NCBI GenBank assembly: GCA_051294375.1
Contig: CM119266.1
Span: 16,858,087-16,922,086 of the forward strand
Reading direction: 5' to 3'
Length of the DNA: 64,000 nt
Origin: Paraspadella gotoi
Taxonomy: Eukaryota > Animalia > Chaetognatha
In this document: piece after piece, positions 41,343-53,733 of the stretch
How the letters are laid out: every line of letters starts with the position of its first letter
Numbering within the stretch: position 1 is the stretch's first letter
Notes under the pieces: generated by a model
The model's database searches: none
What the model was told of the DNA's origin: nothing
What the model saw: only the letters and a program-made list of their open reading frames with translations
Translations under genes and position numbers: made by a program

Positions 41343-42981
41343 ACAAAAAGAGGGAACTAAAAGTTTCACAACAATTACAGAAAGCCGAAGAATCGTTAAT
41401 TTTTCCCGCTAATTCAACCACGTTACCTTCTCGCGTCCAGGTGTTGGCGCGACCGCGTCTGACGCTCCGTCGCACCTTGACGTGGCTCTTGTCAACTCCC
41501 CCGAGGTTACTTTTCTGCCAGCGATGCTTTCCAGACTTTTGCTGGCTGCCAAAACAAAAGGGGCCATCATAGCAGACGACGATGACGACGACAACAAAGA
41601 AGATTAATAAAAACAACTAATATTAATATTTTGTTAATGTATTTTGTCGTATCGTCGGGGGCAAGATTCTAACTGTTTGAAGAAGATCGAATAATCTACG
41701 TTTACTAGTTTTTAATAAAGTAAAAATAGCAGTTTTGAAACGAGGTGTATTCACACCGCCTCACGTCCACCATCCTTCAGCCAAATCCATTGGCTCAGAG
41801 GGGGAACACACCATCCCAAGCGTACTGTTCCATCCATAGTCCTAACGACTTCCCTCTGCGTTGGCAAGCTTGTTTTACCTCCGTTTGGTTTCAATTTTCA
41901 ACTGTGGTCTCATCCCTTTTTTTTATATTCATTTTTTCAACAACAACAATTTTTTTGTATTCTCGTTAAATAATTTGATTTCTGCTTATTTTTTCAATTT
42001 TTTTTTCTGTTATTTCGTGACTTACACCGAGTAAAATTAAGCTCTATTCATTAACTAATAATTTAATAAGAAAATCTATTTAAAACCGTAATTCGCTGCC
42101 AGTTCCTCCACTCTCCTTTCCCGAAGCATGATAAGAAAAAATCCGAAGCTGCCTCAATTGAGAAACCTTCGCTCGATGCGATATCAGGTATCTCTCGTTA
42201 GGACCTTGCAGCCGTCCCTAAATTTCAAACGATGTCCTAATGCGGATATATGCGCTAGTTATGCAAATAAACTTCTTTGTCTCCAGTTCTTTCGCGTAGA
42301 AGAAGGACGACGACGGCGACGATGCTAATTACAAAACCGATTATTGGCTCGTTGTTTTGGCGAGACAATTTTTTTTTTTTCATTTCTTGAGATAAGTAAT
42401 TATAATACTTTTATATTGCGTATGTTAAGAAAAAGAAAAAAAAATCGTTTTTCGCCTTTCGTGTGCGAAATCAAAGGTTCACGATGCTTTGCTTCTCTAT
42501 TTCACTTGATTTGTGATTATCGGTAAAAAAAAAGTAAGTGGAATGTAGCTTCTCTTGCCTCCTCGCCTACAATGATACAACCCTGGGCTTGGATCCGGGC
42601 TCGAGGGTTTTTTCACAATCTTAATAACAACAAGAACATTTATCAACTTCATTTTTTAGTTATATATTTTTTTTATTTAGTCGATTAGTTTGTCTACGTC
42701 AATAAGTGAAAATTATTTTCCTAACCCTAACGTGTTTCCTTACATTTATATATTTGTATATTTTCATAACGCAGATATTTTTAATTATATATGTGTTTTA
42801 TTCGTTTACAACAATTAGTTGAAACAGTACATTCAAAAGGGCATACAGCATTACAGATAAACGCATAAATTGTACAGTTTACAATTCAACAAAATATAAA
42901 TATTTAAATTAACAGAACGAAAAAAAAAAAAATCAACAATAAGCTGACAAGATTTTTAGAATATTGTTTCTATAAACTCAT

Positions 42982-43169
42982 CGTTATTTCCTTTCGTTTC
43001 GTTGTGTTTGGATGATAGAAGACGTTTTAGATTGTTTAAACAACGATTTTATTATTATAAGACGGACATGTTTCGGCTTTAGTCATACAAGCCTTCATCG
43101 GCGTCAAAGATATTTGTGGTTTATAATAATAAAATCGTTGTTTAAACAATCTAAAACGTCTTCTATAAT
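42982..43169 (-). mobile_element. Penelope-like (PLE) short insertion: tail + perfect 46-bp inverted repeat enclosing a hammerhead ribozyme, 11-bp TSD
   Basis: Arms 43015-43060 and 43121-43166 are exact reverse complements; TATAAACTCAT is duplicated at 42971-42981 and 43170-43180; the tail TCCTTTCGTTTCGTTGTGT is shared with 56725-56743. Confidence 0.75.
43061..43105 (-). ncRNA. Minimal type I hammerhead ribozyme (U4C variant)
   Basis: Minus strand reads GACG-CCGAUGA-A-GGCUU(guaugacua)AAGCC-GAAA-CAUG-UC-CGUC: stem I, core, stem II, GAAA, palindromic mini stem III and a GUC cleavage triplet. Confidence 0.75.
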
Positions 43170-44229
43170 TATAAACTCATAAATTTAATGCAGCTACGAT
43201 TCACAGGAGAGCGAATGAGTTGCGTTACGACGACCTTCGCCAAAACATCGTTTACTTTAAGGTCGAGATAAACACGGTTTCCCGCTGCGAAACTGTCATC
43301 GCTGTCGACATTCGGTTCGTCGTCGTCGTCGTTTCGTCGTCTTAGGCAGCGCACTGTCATCTTATCCGTAATAGTTGACTCTTCAATTGTGTCTCTTGTC
43401 TTTGTGATGTTTCACATTCACGGCCTCGAATCGTCGCCCTCCCCACCTCACTCCCTCCCTCCCCGAGTCTCCGCTATTTCTTAATCTTCTTAACTTCCTA
43501 CGAGAAAGGATGACTTTCGCTCCGCACTTATGTAGCACTATTCGCCGTCGCTGAATAGTTCCATTTTTCAATTTGCCGCAAAGTAGTCGCAGGCCCGTTT
43601 CCCTTCTCGCTTCGATAAATTGACTCAAGACCCAGAGTGTCTCCTCGCCTTTGTTAAAAACTGTTTCAAACCTTCTGGTAATCTTTCTCCACTTTTAGAT
43701 CCAACCTTTTTACTCTCCCTGCACTTTCATTCCATACAATCTATTCTCTCTCTTTACTCGCTTTTCCTAAACGACTTCCTTTTGATCCAAACGTCCATCT
43801 AAGATTTCCCTTCACAACATTGATCTCCTTACTCCAAACTCCTTCAGTCGCCCTGAATCATGGTTTTTGCACTGACGTTGCTACAACAATCTCCTTAGCA
43901 ACGTTGCGGAAGACTTCGTCGTCCATTTTCGCCTGTCACCTTTCATGACGCCCGAGATGTCACTTCCAGACGTCGAAATAACAGTCGTTCCAAATTAGTT
44001 TCCGTCCGAATTCCGACTTGAAAAGCAGAAAATTCGTTTAAGTGGACACTGGACATATTATGTACTTATGTATTAACATATTACCACATAAAAGAGAAGT
44101 ATCAGAAACTGACACCAAAAAAACTTTACAAGGTCTGTAACGAATTAGAATAAAAAATTTCATTCTATCACATATGCAGTTATTTTTCATGGGAAGCTTC
44201 ATACAATGACTAACTGTAACTCAAAGTGT

Positions 44230-44400
44230 CTATCCACTGCAGCAAGACTAAATTCAGGTGGCATCAAGTCTGCATCGGTCGGTCAAATTATTTACTTTCT
44301 CAACAATTTATTGATAGTCTCTGGCTTGCAACGGAATGGAAACCAGATGAAGAATAAATATATTCTCATCAATCCTTAAAATACCTTGTAAGAACCCATT
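44230..44400 (+). pseudogene. Possible decayed LINE ORF2 apurinic-endonuclease N-terminal fragment
   Basis: Translates as LNSGGIKSASVGQIIYFLNNFIDSLWLATEWKPDEE*, loosely like the LNxxG...DILxLTETWLKPD start of CR1/L2 endonucleases; lies in a CpG-poor patch. Confidence 0.25.
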
Positions 44401-44903
44401 AATGTTTGGCACAGAGAAAAACCATCTGCCAAATTACATTCTTTCTTCATTCTTTCTTTCTTGCTTACTTTCTTGCCAATAAAGCTCGAGATGCAAGATG
44501 ATAGCTGAAGCACCTGGGTGACTTTTATAATTTTGGATTGGGGTTTTATTCAAAAAAGTTTTCAACTCTTGGTGTTCTCCTGTGAAATTGAGTTGCATCT
44601 TGTTGATTGATTACATAAATGTTCATTAGTATAATGTTGTTCGTTCCTCACTTTCAGAATTTTAATTGAAGTTAAATTTAGAAATTTTACTACGCCTTAT
44701 TGTTGAACCACTTGATGAGCTTTTTAAAGGGTTTCGTTTTGAGTCTGATTTGCTCTTAGGGTTGTTGAAGAATAAAGAGAGTCGGGAAAAACGGCGCAGT
44801 ATTGATGGAATTTTGTTCGTAGAAGGTTTAGTAATCCACATTTCTTCTTCAAAAGAGTTTTCATCTTCTTCGGGCGAGGCGTCTCACTCTCGCTTACGCT
44901 TAA

Positions 44904-44978
<75 letters not shown>

Positions 44979-45271
44979 CTTCCTCCGATTTCGAGGCGAG
45001 ATCCCAGAATCACGCGAGGTAATCTTAATCTCACTTAGCAAATTCACCGATTCATTCCTTGCTTCTCTCTCATTCTATCCTCTCTCACTCTCTCTCATTC
45101 TCTCCCACTCTCTCCTTCTTTCTCTTTTTTTGTTTTCACCATTTTTTTATTACCCTTTTTCTTTTATCGCTTTCACTTCTGATTATAGCCTCCGGGAGGA
45201 CTTGGAAAATTACCAGGATAAGCGTGACTTGAGTCTAGGTCCTTCCCCTGCTCCCTGAGCTTCTCGACCGG

Positions 45272-45414
45272 TTTTTAGTTGCGTCGGTCGGTCCGTCGGT
45301 CCGTCTGTCCGTCGGTCTGTCCCACTTACGTTAAAAACGCTTATAACTTGCCTATAGTTTGTTGCTCATTTGTTAAAAATCAAATCTAAGCGACTACTGG
45401 CGCCGCCTTTTGTT
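45272..45414 (+). mobile_element. Miniature HINE/DINE-like element
   Basis: TTTTTAGTTGCG start, (GTCC/GTCG/GTCT)n microsatellite ending GTCCCAC as in the 22-kb element, GCGACTA subterminal IR, GGCGCCGCC mini-hairpin and TTTTGTT end. Confidence 0.45.
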
Positions 45415-45868
45415 TTTAGAGAATTCTTAGTAGAAAAAACAAAGTTTTAATAATTTTTTACAACGAAAAAGAAAGGTTAATACATCATGTCTACCAAAAA
45501 AATCTTATAGACTATAAGGAATAAATGACATGATAAGTAAAAAGAAATGTAATGCGGCGCAACACCTTGGAATAACCGTTCTTTGTTCCTTTCTAAGTCG
45601 CTTAACGTTTCCGTTAAACAAATAATGTTGGTGACACCTCTCGTTCATAGTAATACAAAGCAAACCTTGCCAAGATTACCTGACAGATCCAAAATCCAAA
45701 ATCTGTCACTCTAACTCTCTCACAAATATTCACGATATATCTTTCTCTCTTTTTGATACCCGGATATTTATTCTGAGCCCGCACTAACGCACTCCGATTT
45801 TAAATTCATCAGTTTCTTTCTCCTTATTGTCCCACGCCCTTCACTCTTCCATGTCAATTTAATCTCTC

Positions 45869-45920
<52 letters not shown>

Positions 45921-46472
45921 CCTCCTCTCTCTCCTCTCTCTCCTCTCCCCCTCTCTCTCTCTCTCTCTCCCCTCTCCTCTCTCTCTTTTATTTTCAAGTT
46001 TTACCTCGATTAGTATTCACGTCCCAATCCGCTAGAGGGACGTTTTGTCAGCGACTCTGTCGGCGTCTCGAATGTTTCCACTTATTCTTTCTCACGATCT
46101 TTTTTCTCTTCCCTTTTTTTTTTACTCTCCTCTTATTTAATTTTTCTACCAATATATTTTCTCAGCTGATTAATACGTTTTTTAGACTCAATATTTTCCC
46201 CATTGATAATGAATACTTCGTCGACGTCCTCGGGGCCGACGTCATCATCGTCGTTTTTAGACGCCAATCGAATTTTCGCGACTCCATGAGTTGGACCTCG
46301 ATAGCCAAGTGTGAAAACTTCTTCGGGAAAGAGAAGAAAACTATTGGAATAAAAGAAAATCAAACAAAAGGCGGCGACCGGACGGCCCGTCAAAAACACT
46401 TAAAACATGTAATCTAAAACCAAAAAACTAAATAAAATAATAAAATACAGAAAAAATAAACAAACGTCGAGA

Positions 46473-46767
46473 ATGGGCGAAGCGGATGAGGAGTCGACGA
46501 AGGTGTTGACCGAAGTGCTGCTGACGCAAAACGGCACCGAATTTTCGCCCAACGACGCCGGGTGGACTAAAGTCGTCATCGGAGCATGTTGCCCGGGCTC
46601 CGGCGCCGAGGGTCACATGGTCAAAAGGGCACCGTTTTCCGCGGCGTCGACGGCGCCGACGCAGAACGGCGTCGCCAACTCGGATAACGACGACGAAATC
46701 CCGGGGAAACGGAAAGCGGTTATTCGACTTCAGCCGGCGTCTCGGGTTATGCATCGGAAGAGAGATG
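46473..46767 (+). CDS. FGD-like gene, putative first coding exon
   Basis: ATG at 46473, GC-rich open frame MGEADEES...HRKRD, donor GTGAGC at 46768 (phase 1). Possible upstream acceptor TACAG at 46446-46450. Confidence 0.6.
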
Positions 46768-46779
46768 GTGAGCGAAGAC

Positions 46780-46817
<38 letters not shown>

Positions 46818-47132
46818 CGATGATGATTTTTCGGATCATGATTTTTCGGATGATGATTATGATTGTGATTAGAATAGGATAATGATAATGATCCTGTTGA
46901 TGACGAGCATGATGATGATGACGATGATTATGCAACCCTTTTTTGACTACAATAATTTACGGTGTTTTGACGATAGGAATGATACCTAATGAAAATTATT
47001 TATGCAAGGAATCAAAATAAAGATTTTTATTTAAAAAAAAAATCCGGAATATTTTTGGAGGCTAAATTAAGGGCAAAAAGGATGACCTATGACCCTATAC
47101 GTGGCTTGAATCTTCTCTTCTCTCTTCTCCTC

Positions 47133-47174
<42 letters not shown>

Positions 47175-47349
47175 CTTCTCTCCTCTCTCTTCTCCTCTCT
47201 CTCTCTCTCTCCCTCCTCCTTGATGTCTATCCAACGGCCTTTCGCCCTCGGGGAAGACGGGACGTGGACTGCCCTGAACCCTATTAACTGATCACGACGC
47301 GGATGAATTCACAGATGGAAAAAAACCGGTTGTTTTTCTAACGATGATA

Positions 47350-47437
<88 letters not shown>

Positions 47438-50070
47438 AGAGAGACTTTTCATTGAATTTAATTGATTATGCTTAATAAGTGAAAATATTACAAAGATTCC
47501 GTTTCCCTTTTTACACTTCACACTTTTTCTATGCCAATAATAATACAATTTGTTCTGTTTTTCGAGTATTTAACAAGTCTATTTATACCATAAACGGTAT
47601 TTGATCAACATTCAGTCTTAAATGTTCTTCAATCTTCTTGCTTCGTTTCGTCCACACATGACGGTTTTTGTTGACACGAAATTTAAAATTGTAAAACTCT
47701 TACGAACGTCATCTTCGACATCGTCTTTTTCTCTGTCGTTATTCGTCGTTGTCGTCGTTGTCGGGCTTTCGTCGCCGGTTTAGTGGTTTTCATTGTTTGT
47801 TTTCCATTCGTTTTCAAAACATCTTTTGTTGGAAAGAAAGCGAAATGTGCGGAGGGAACATAATTTTCGCGACGCCGAAGCCAAAGGGGACGTCTCTGCC
47901 CTCCCAAAGAACCGGAAAGGGCGAAAGTCAAGAACTTTAGTATTGTCGTATGTGCCTATTTAAAATAGAAAAAAGCAACAAGGAAAGTTATTTTGAGAAT
48001 AATTTAATCATATTGAGATCAAATGAGAAATGAGAGTGAGTTACGCTTCAATTTCGATTGACCGAAAAGATAGCGGACCGCGGTTGTTTCGCTAATCAAT
48101 CAAGTTAGGAATTTAGAGTCGATGAATCCTAGGCAGCCTCTCAAAACTCAAAAAGCGCACCTGAACAGACGAACCCTTTTAATGCTCCACGACCCCTTGG
48201 ATCCTATTAGAGTAAACCCCTCTCTGGGAGATATTTAAACTATTCCTTTGAATTGAACAATCTTAAACAAAATAAGTAACAGAAATTTAGTCCTAAGTCC
48301 GTTTGAGCTAATTGGGTTTGAGCAGTAAAAGCGCGTGTTTACTCACTAAACCGTCGTTTGAGCCCATTTAAGGTCTTACTTAGGAAAACCAGAGAGAGAT
48401 TCAAGGCGAAGTAAAATTATATCACAACACATTTTTTTGAAAAAGACGAGACTATCTACATTTATCATTGACGCGACTCCCACAGTGGACCCGAGGAGAT
48501 GTCAACAACTTTTATCCGACTCATTTAAAGTACAGCTCGAATAGATTTCCTTTTTTGTAGAAAAAAAGACCGACTTTCTTCTCCGATCGGTCAATCGGAA
48601 TTCCCCCCGGTTCGAACGCCGTAGCAGCGGCCGCCGCCGCCGCCGCCGCCGCCGCTGCATATCCTGTAATCGGAGCATCCGCGAGGATCGCGATCCTCTC
48701 TTTCGTAATATTCATCATCTTCGTCGTTGCATTAGTCTTCATTTTTTAATCCTATAATCTTACAGCTCATCTCGTATCTTCGCTACGCAGTTCTTCTGTT
48801 GGAAAATTGTTATCCTTATTAAATCCACAGTTTATGGTCTACTTTTTATTTCGATGACTGTTTTTCCAACTATTTTTTCTTCGCAAAGATGAGCACGAGG
48901 ATGACGAATTGACGGTAATCATAATGGGTGCAGCTCTTCTCGGTCTCTCGGTCCAGCACCACGAGAAAAAGGAAGAAACGATTCCTATGATCAATGACGA
49001 ATAAGATGACGGTTTTTCTCTCTCTGTGTGATGACGAATTGTTTGTTTACGGATGAGAAAAGTAAACAATCTTTTTTTTTTTTCGCGACGAGAATAATAA
49101 ATCTCTCAACCGTTGAGAGAGGGACGTTCAATAAGTCGCTGAGTTCTCTCTAATATGTTATACTAAAATTTTGCTAAATTGCAAATCAATTTTGTTTTTT
49201 TTAATTTCTACCCTATCTTTCTAATTGAAGGGCGATTTAAACAATTCAAACCTATTTGGTAATTACTTATATCTTCTATTAAGTTATACATACAGACCGA
49301 AAAGCGACGTATTTGGGTCGGTCCTCGCCACTAGTACAAATACATTTTTTTTTCTGAAAGGGGATGTGGTTTGGCGGTGATTATGATGGGCTTGAGAGTA
49401 ATGCTCGAGTGGCCGGAATGGTGGGGGGGGGGCTCATAGTAAAATTTAGGAATTCATTCTTTTCCTAAACGTTTTCTTGATCTGCATGACAAAGGTTTTT
49501 ACGGCTCGTCAATCATCACCGTCGTCATGGTCGTCGTCGTCGTCGTCGTCGTCATTTATTCTTCCTTATTTTTCGATCATCATGTTGTTCGAGACGCTGA
49601 AGATGATACCGTCGTCTTCGTCGTCGTTGTCGTCGTCGTCGTCGTCGTCTCTGCGTTCTCTCTTCCCCTTTATAGATGATGGTTAAGTTAATCTTCTTCA
49701 CTTGCGATTTTGTTGTTGTCATAATCATCCAAAAAAAGAGAGAAGGATATAAATTAATGTGTTTCCTTTTTTTTAGTGCATTTTGTTTTCTCATTTTTTT
49801 CTCGAAAAATGATGCAAAAAGAAAATAAATTAACCAATTTAAATTTGTTCATAATTCACTTATTTTGAAGACAGTCATTTTTCACAAGTGTTTTACTCTT
49901 ATCCAACCCCTGCTTTCTTTTTATTCCTTTCCTTTTTTCCCCTTTCTCTTGCTTTCCCCTTTTCCCTTAAGCGAAGAAATTTCTCTGAGTCACCGATTCT
50001 TTTCCCGACAATCGTAAACAAGAAAGTTGTTTTCTTCCAGATTCAAATCTAATTGAATTTTACTCACACA

Positions 50071-50149
<79 letters not shown>

Positions 50150-50172
50150 CGTTCGCTTGCTCTCGATCTCTG

Positions 50173-50263
<91 letters not shown>

Positions 50264-50410
50264 AGATCCCGCTCTCTTGAGCTTCAGGTCCAAAGTGAGA
50301 TCTTTCGACGGAGGAGAACGAAGCAGGAATCCCCCGAACAACCTCGCCTTGTCATCGAGTGAGTATTTTTAAATCAATTTTGTTTGGTTGATATTATTTT
50401 ATTCTATCGT

Positions 50411-50475
<65 letters not shown>

Positions 50476-53400
50476 CAGATGTCTTTTTATCGCACTTTGT
50501 GTTTTGCCTCGAGTCGCACTGTAATTACTTAAAAATCAGGCCAAGGCCTTTATTCCTGTTTTATTATTGAAGTGTAGTCGCTCCTTTGTAGGAGGTTTAA
50601 ACTGAGTAATGAATGTAATAAATTGTAAAATTTTTATTAGGACGAAGATTATAAAATTTTCAAAAAAAATCATAACCACACATAGGCACAGAAAAGTTAT
50701 TTTGACAGATATTATTTTGTTTTTCAATTATAATTACTATATAAAGCTTTTTTCTGTCTATATAATATCGAATCCTTACCAGTACACTTAACAGTGCTTT
50801 GCCGATTAATTGGAATGTTTAAGCTTGGAAAAGAATTAGGATTAGAATTCTGTAATCTGTATTATTTTATACAGCAAGGAACAAAAACTATTTTTTTATC
50901 TCCCAAATCTTTTCGTGAAAATCTTTAAATCCAGTGATCTTTCTCTCTCCTGTTCTCCGTCTCACAGGCTTCAACCAGGAAATATCAGCTGACGATGACT
51001 CTTCCTCAGATCGCAGACCAAAACCTGGGAGAAGAAAAAAAAAGATTCAAGGTGAGACGTTGTGAAATCGTGAAACCGCAACAAAAGGAAACATATCACT
51101 AAGACAACAACTAAAACCACACTGTTGTAGAAGACGAGCGGTTCGCTGCACACACGTTTCTGAACTCCGGCTCTAACATTAGTACGGCCAACTATTGCAG
51201 GGTTAGCCGCCCCGTCCCATGACCGAACCCGAGCTCTTTGGGATGCACAGACTTCGTGATACTTCCAGCGCCAGTGCTTTGGAATCTCAGACAAGCAGTG
51301 GGCTATAAAGTACTGCTGCTACAACGTTTCCCTCACCTGGCCCTCGATTTCAAAATAAAAATCTGGATTTTCTCTCTTTAAACTTTAATTTGCTCTCTGG
51401 TTGTGTTCTGGAATTTTATCTCGTCAGAAAAGTTTCTTCAAACAAGAGAATGAAAAAAAGAGAACGAGTCTTTGACAAAATTACAAGTTGTTTCGTTCAA
51501 TTTTTTTCAAGTTCGTTTAGATTAATGTTTTCCATGTGTAAAAAGATTGAACAATCTACAATTCTACAACTTCAACCTTTTACTTAGTCAACTTTTTAAC
51601 ACGATACGACTTTCAAATCCGCCTTTCATAACATCCGGCCACACGTTAGGCTAAAACGGCATGAGTAATATTTTTAGCAGCTGAATGTCGCACAAGTGGT
51701 TAATATCGTGCGTCCCAATGAGTAACTGCTCCGCTCGTGCCCTGGGATAAAAGGATCATCAATCCCGCATTTTTTTATTTTTTTATTATGGAAACAGACA
51801 ATTTATCCTCAGTGTGTGTGTGTGTTTCTGTCTCTCGCTCCTCTGTTTCTCTTCGCCAAAAGCAAAACAAGTCAGCGATGAACGAAATAAATCTTTTATC
51901 TTACCTTTTTTTTCTCTTTTTGCAATTCCGAACTTTGTCCTCGAGAATTTATCAGTTGTAACAACAGACACAAAAATAACAATTTGGACGGTTTCTACCG
52001 CTCTGACCCGAGCCACGCAGTACAAACAACTATATTATTTGGTTTGTTTGATGCGGGTTTTCAGTGTAACACTTATTGAAGTCGTTCTCACCGGATCATC
52101 GGACTCTTGAAATTAAACCAGGATCAAAATCTTTTCCGAGCTAAATCGATTCATTTTTTTTGCATTGTGTTTTGATATAATAAATTTTGGTGGCCGAATA
52201 CTACTTTGAAAGAACGAAAACACTTAAGCGACAAATCTTTTATTTTTCCCTTGGAATCACCGGAGACGTGGGAGTCCCTTCGAGTCACTCGAAATGTAAA
52301 TAAAAACAAAACAAAAATTCGTGATATTTCCAACTAAAAAAACCCAAAACAAAACCAAAAACAATATATAGCTACTACTTATCGAGACCCAGGAAGTTAA
52401 TCAAGCTTATTTCCTTTTTCTCTTTCAGCGGAAAGGATGAACCGCGACTCTGGAACGTGCGGACACGCCTCCTTTCAGGGAGACGAATTAGCCGACCAAT
52501 CGAGAGACAGATCGTCTGACCAATCAGAGGCTCAATCGTCAGTAGCCAAACCCATCGAATCTCGAGATTTGTCCGAGGGGGCCATCCAATCGCCGGCTGG
52601 CAGTACAAGAGATTCGGGTAAGAAGAACCGAAGATGGATTTTCGGCTCTGAGTGTAGTTAGTGGAAATGCATCTATCAAATAAACTAATCCTAATATTTA
52701 TGAGGGGGGAAAACAATTGAAGAAAAGAAAATCGGTTGTATGAAAGAAGGGCATGAAATTGGAAAGAGCAAAAAAAAAAATTATAAAATGTTGTTCAAGA
52801 TATGAAAAATTAGGAAAAGGTTAATGATATACGCAGTTAAATGTAGAACATAGTGGAGTATTAAGTTTCAATTTAAACGGCGGGGAAAAAAAACAGACAT
52901 TTATTTTATGTATTACTTATCATTTAAAAAAAATATATCCTATGAATATTTTTTAAATAGATTTTGGTGTAAGGGTAAATGTTAAAGTGGTAAAGATCAT
53001 TCACAACAGATGGGTTTATGCCTCAAACTTTCGAAGGCACTTACGAAAACTGAAAACCTTAAAAGTTCGGGAAGAAAACTCTGGCTCTAAAAACAGAATA
53101 ATAGATGCAAATTTGTAAAAAAATATTTACTCAGCGCAAAGCAATCATTTGTACCTACATTTTCAGTAGTTTTTCTTCAACCATAAAACAACGTTAGTAT
53201 AACTAGTTATATTTTTTTATATTTTCGGCTCCGTCTCCCCTAAGACGAATCGAGAATACAACGAAAAAAGTTCAATTTTAAGAAACTGTACAAACGATTC
53301 GAAGAAGGTAATTCAGGCTTTTTTTTTTCTTTTCACTTCGAAGAAGGATGATTGATGGTTTTGAGGAAACTTTAAAAATTATTTATTTAGTAAATAGGTT

Positions 53401-53690
53401 CTTTTTCACGTCTTTCCGTGGTGACTTGATTTGGTCAACCGTCTCTTTTTTTAACTATCGTTGGTGAAAGAAATCCATTTTGTTTCATGTTCTTTTAGCT
53501 TATCACTAAATCACAAATCACGCCGAAGTTTCATCTCTTTTTCTCTCTTTCTTTCTCCCTTCTTCTCTTTCTCTCTTTTCTCTTTATTTCTCTCTTTCTT
53601 TATCTCTTTCTCTCTCTGTTTCTCTTTTTCTTTCTCTCTTTCTCTCGTTCTTTCTTTCTTTCTTTCTTTTTCTCTCTTTCTCTCTATCTT

Positions 53691-53733
<43 letters not shown>

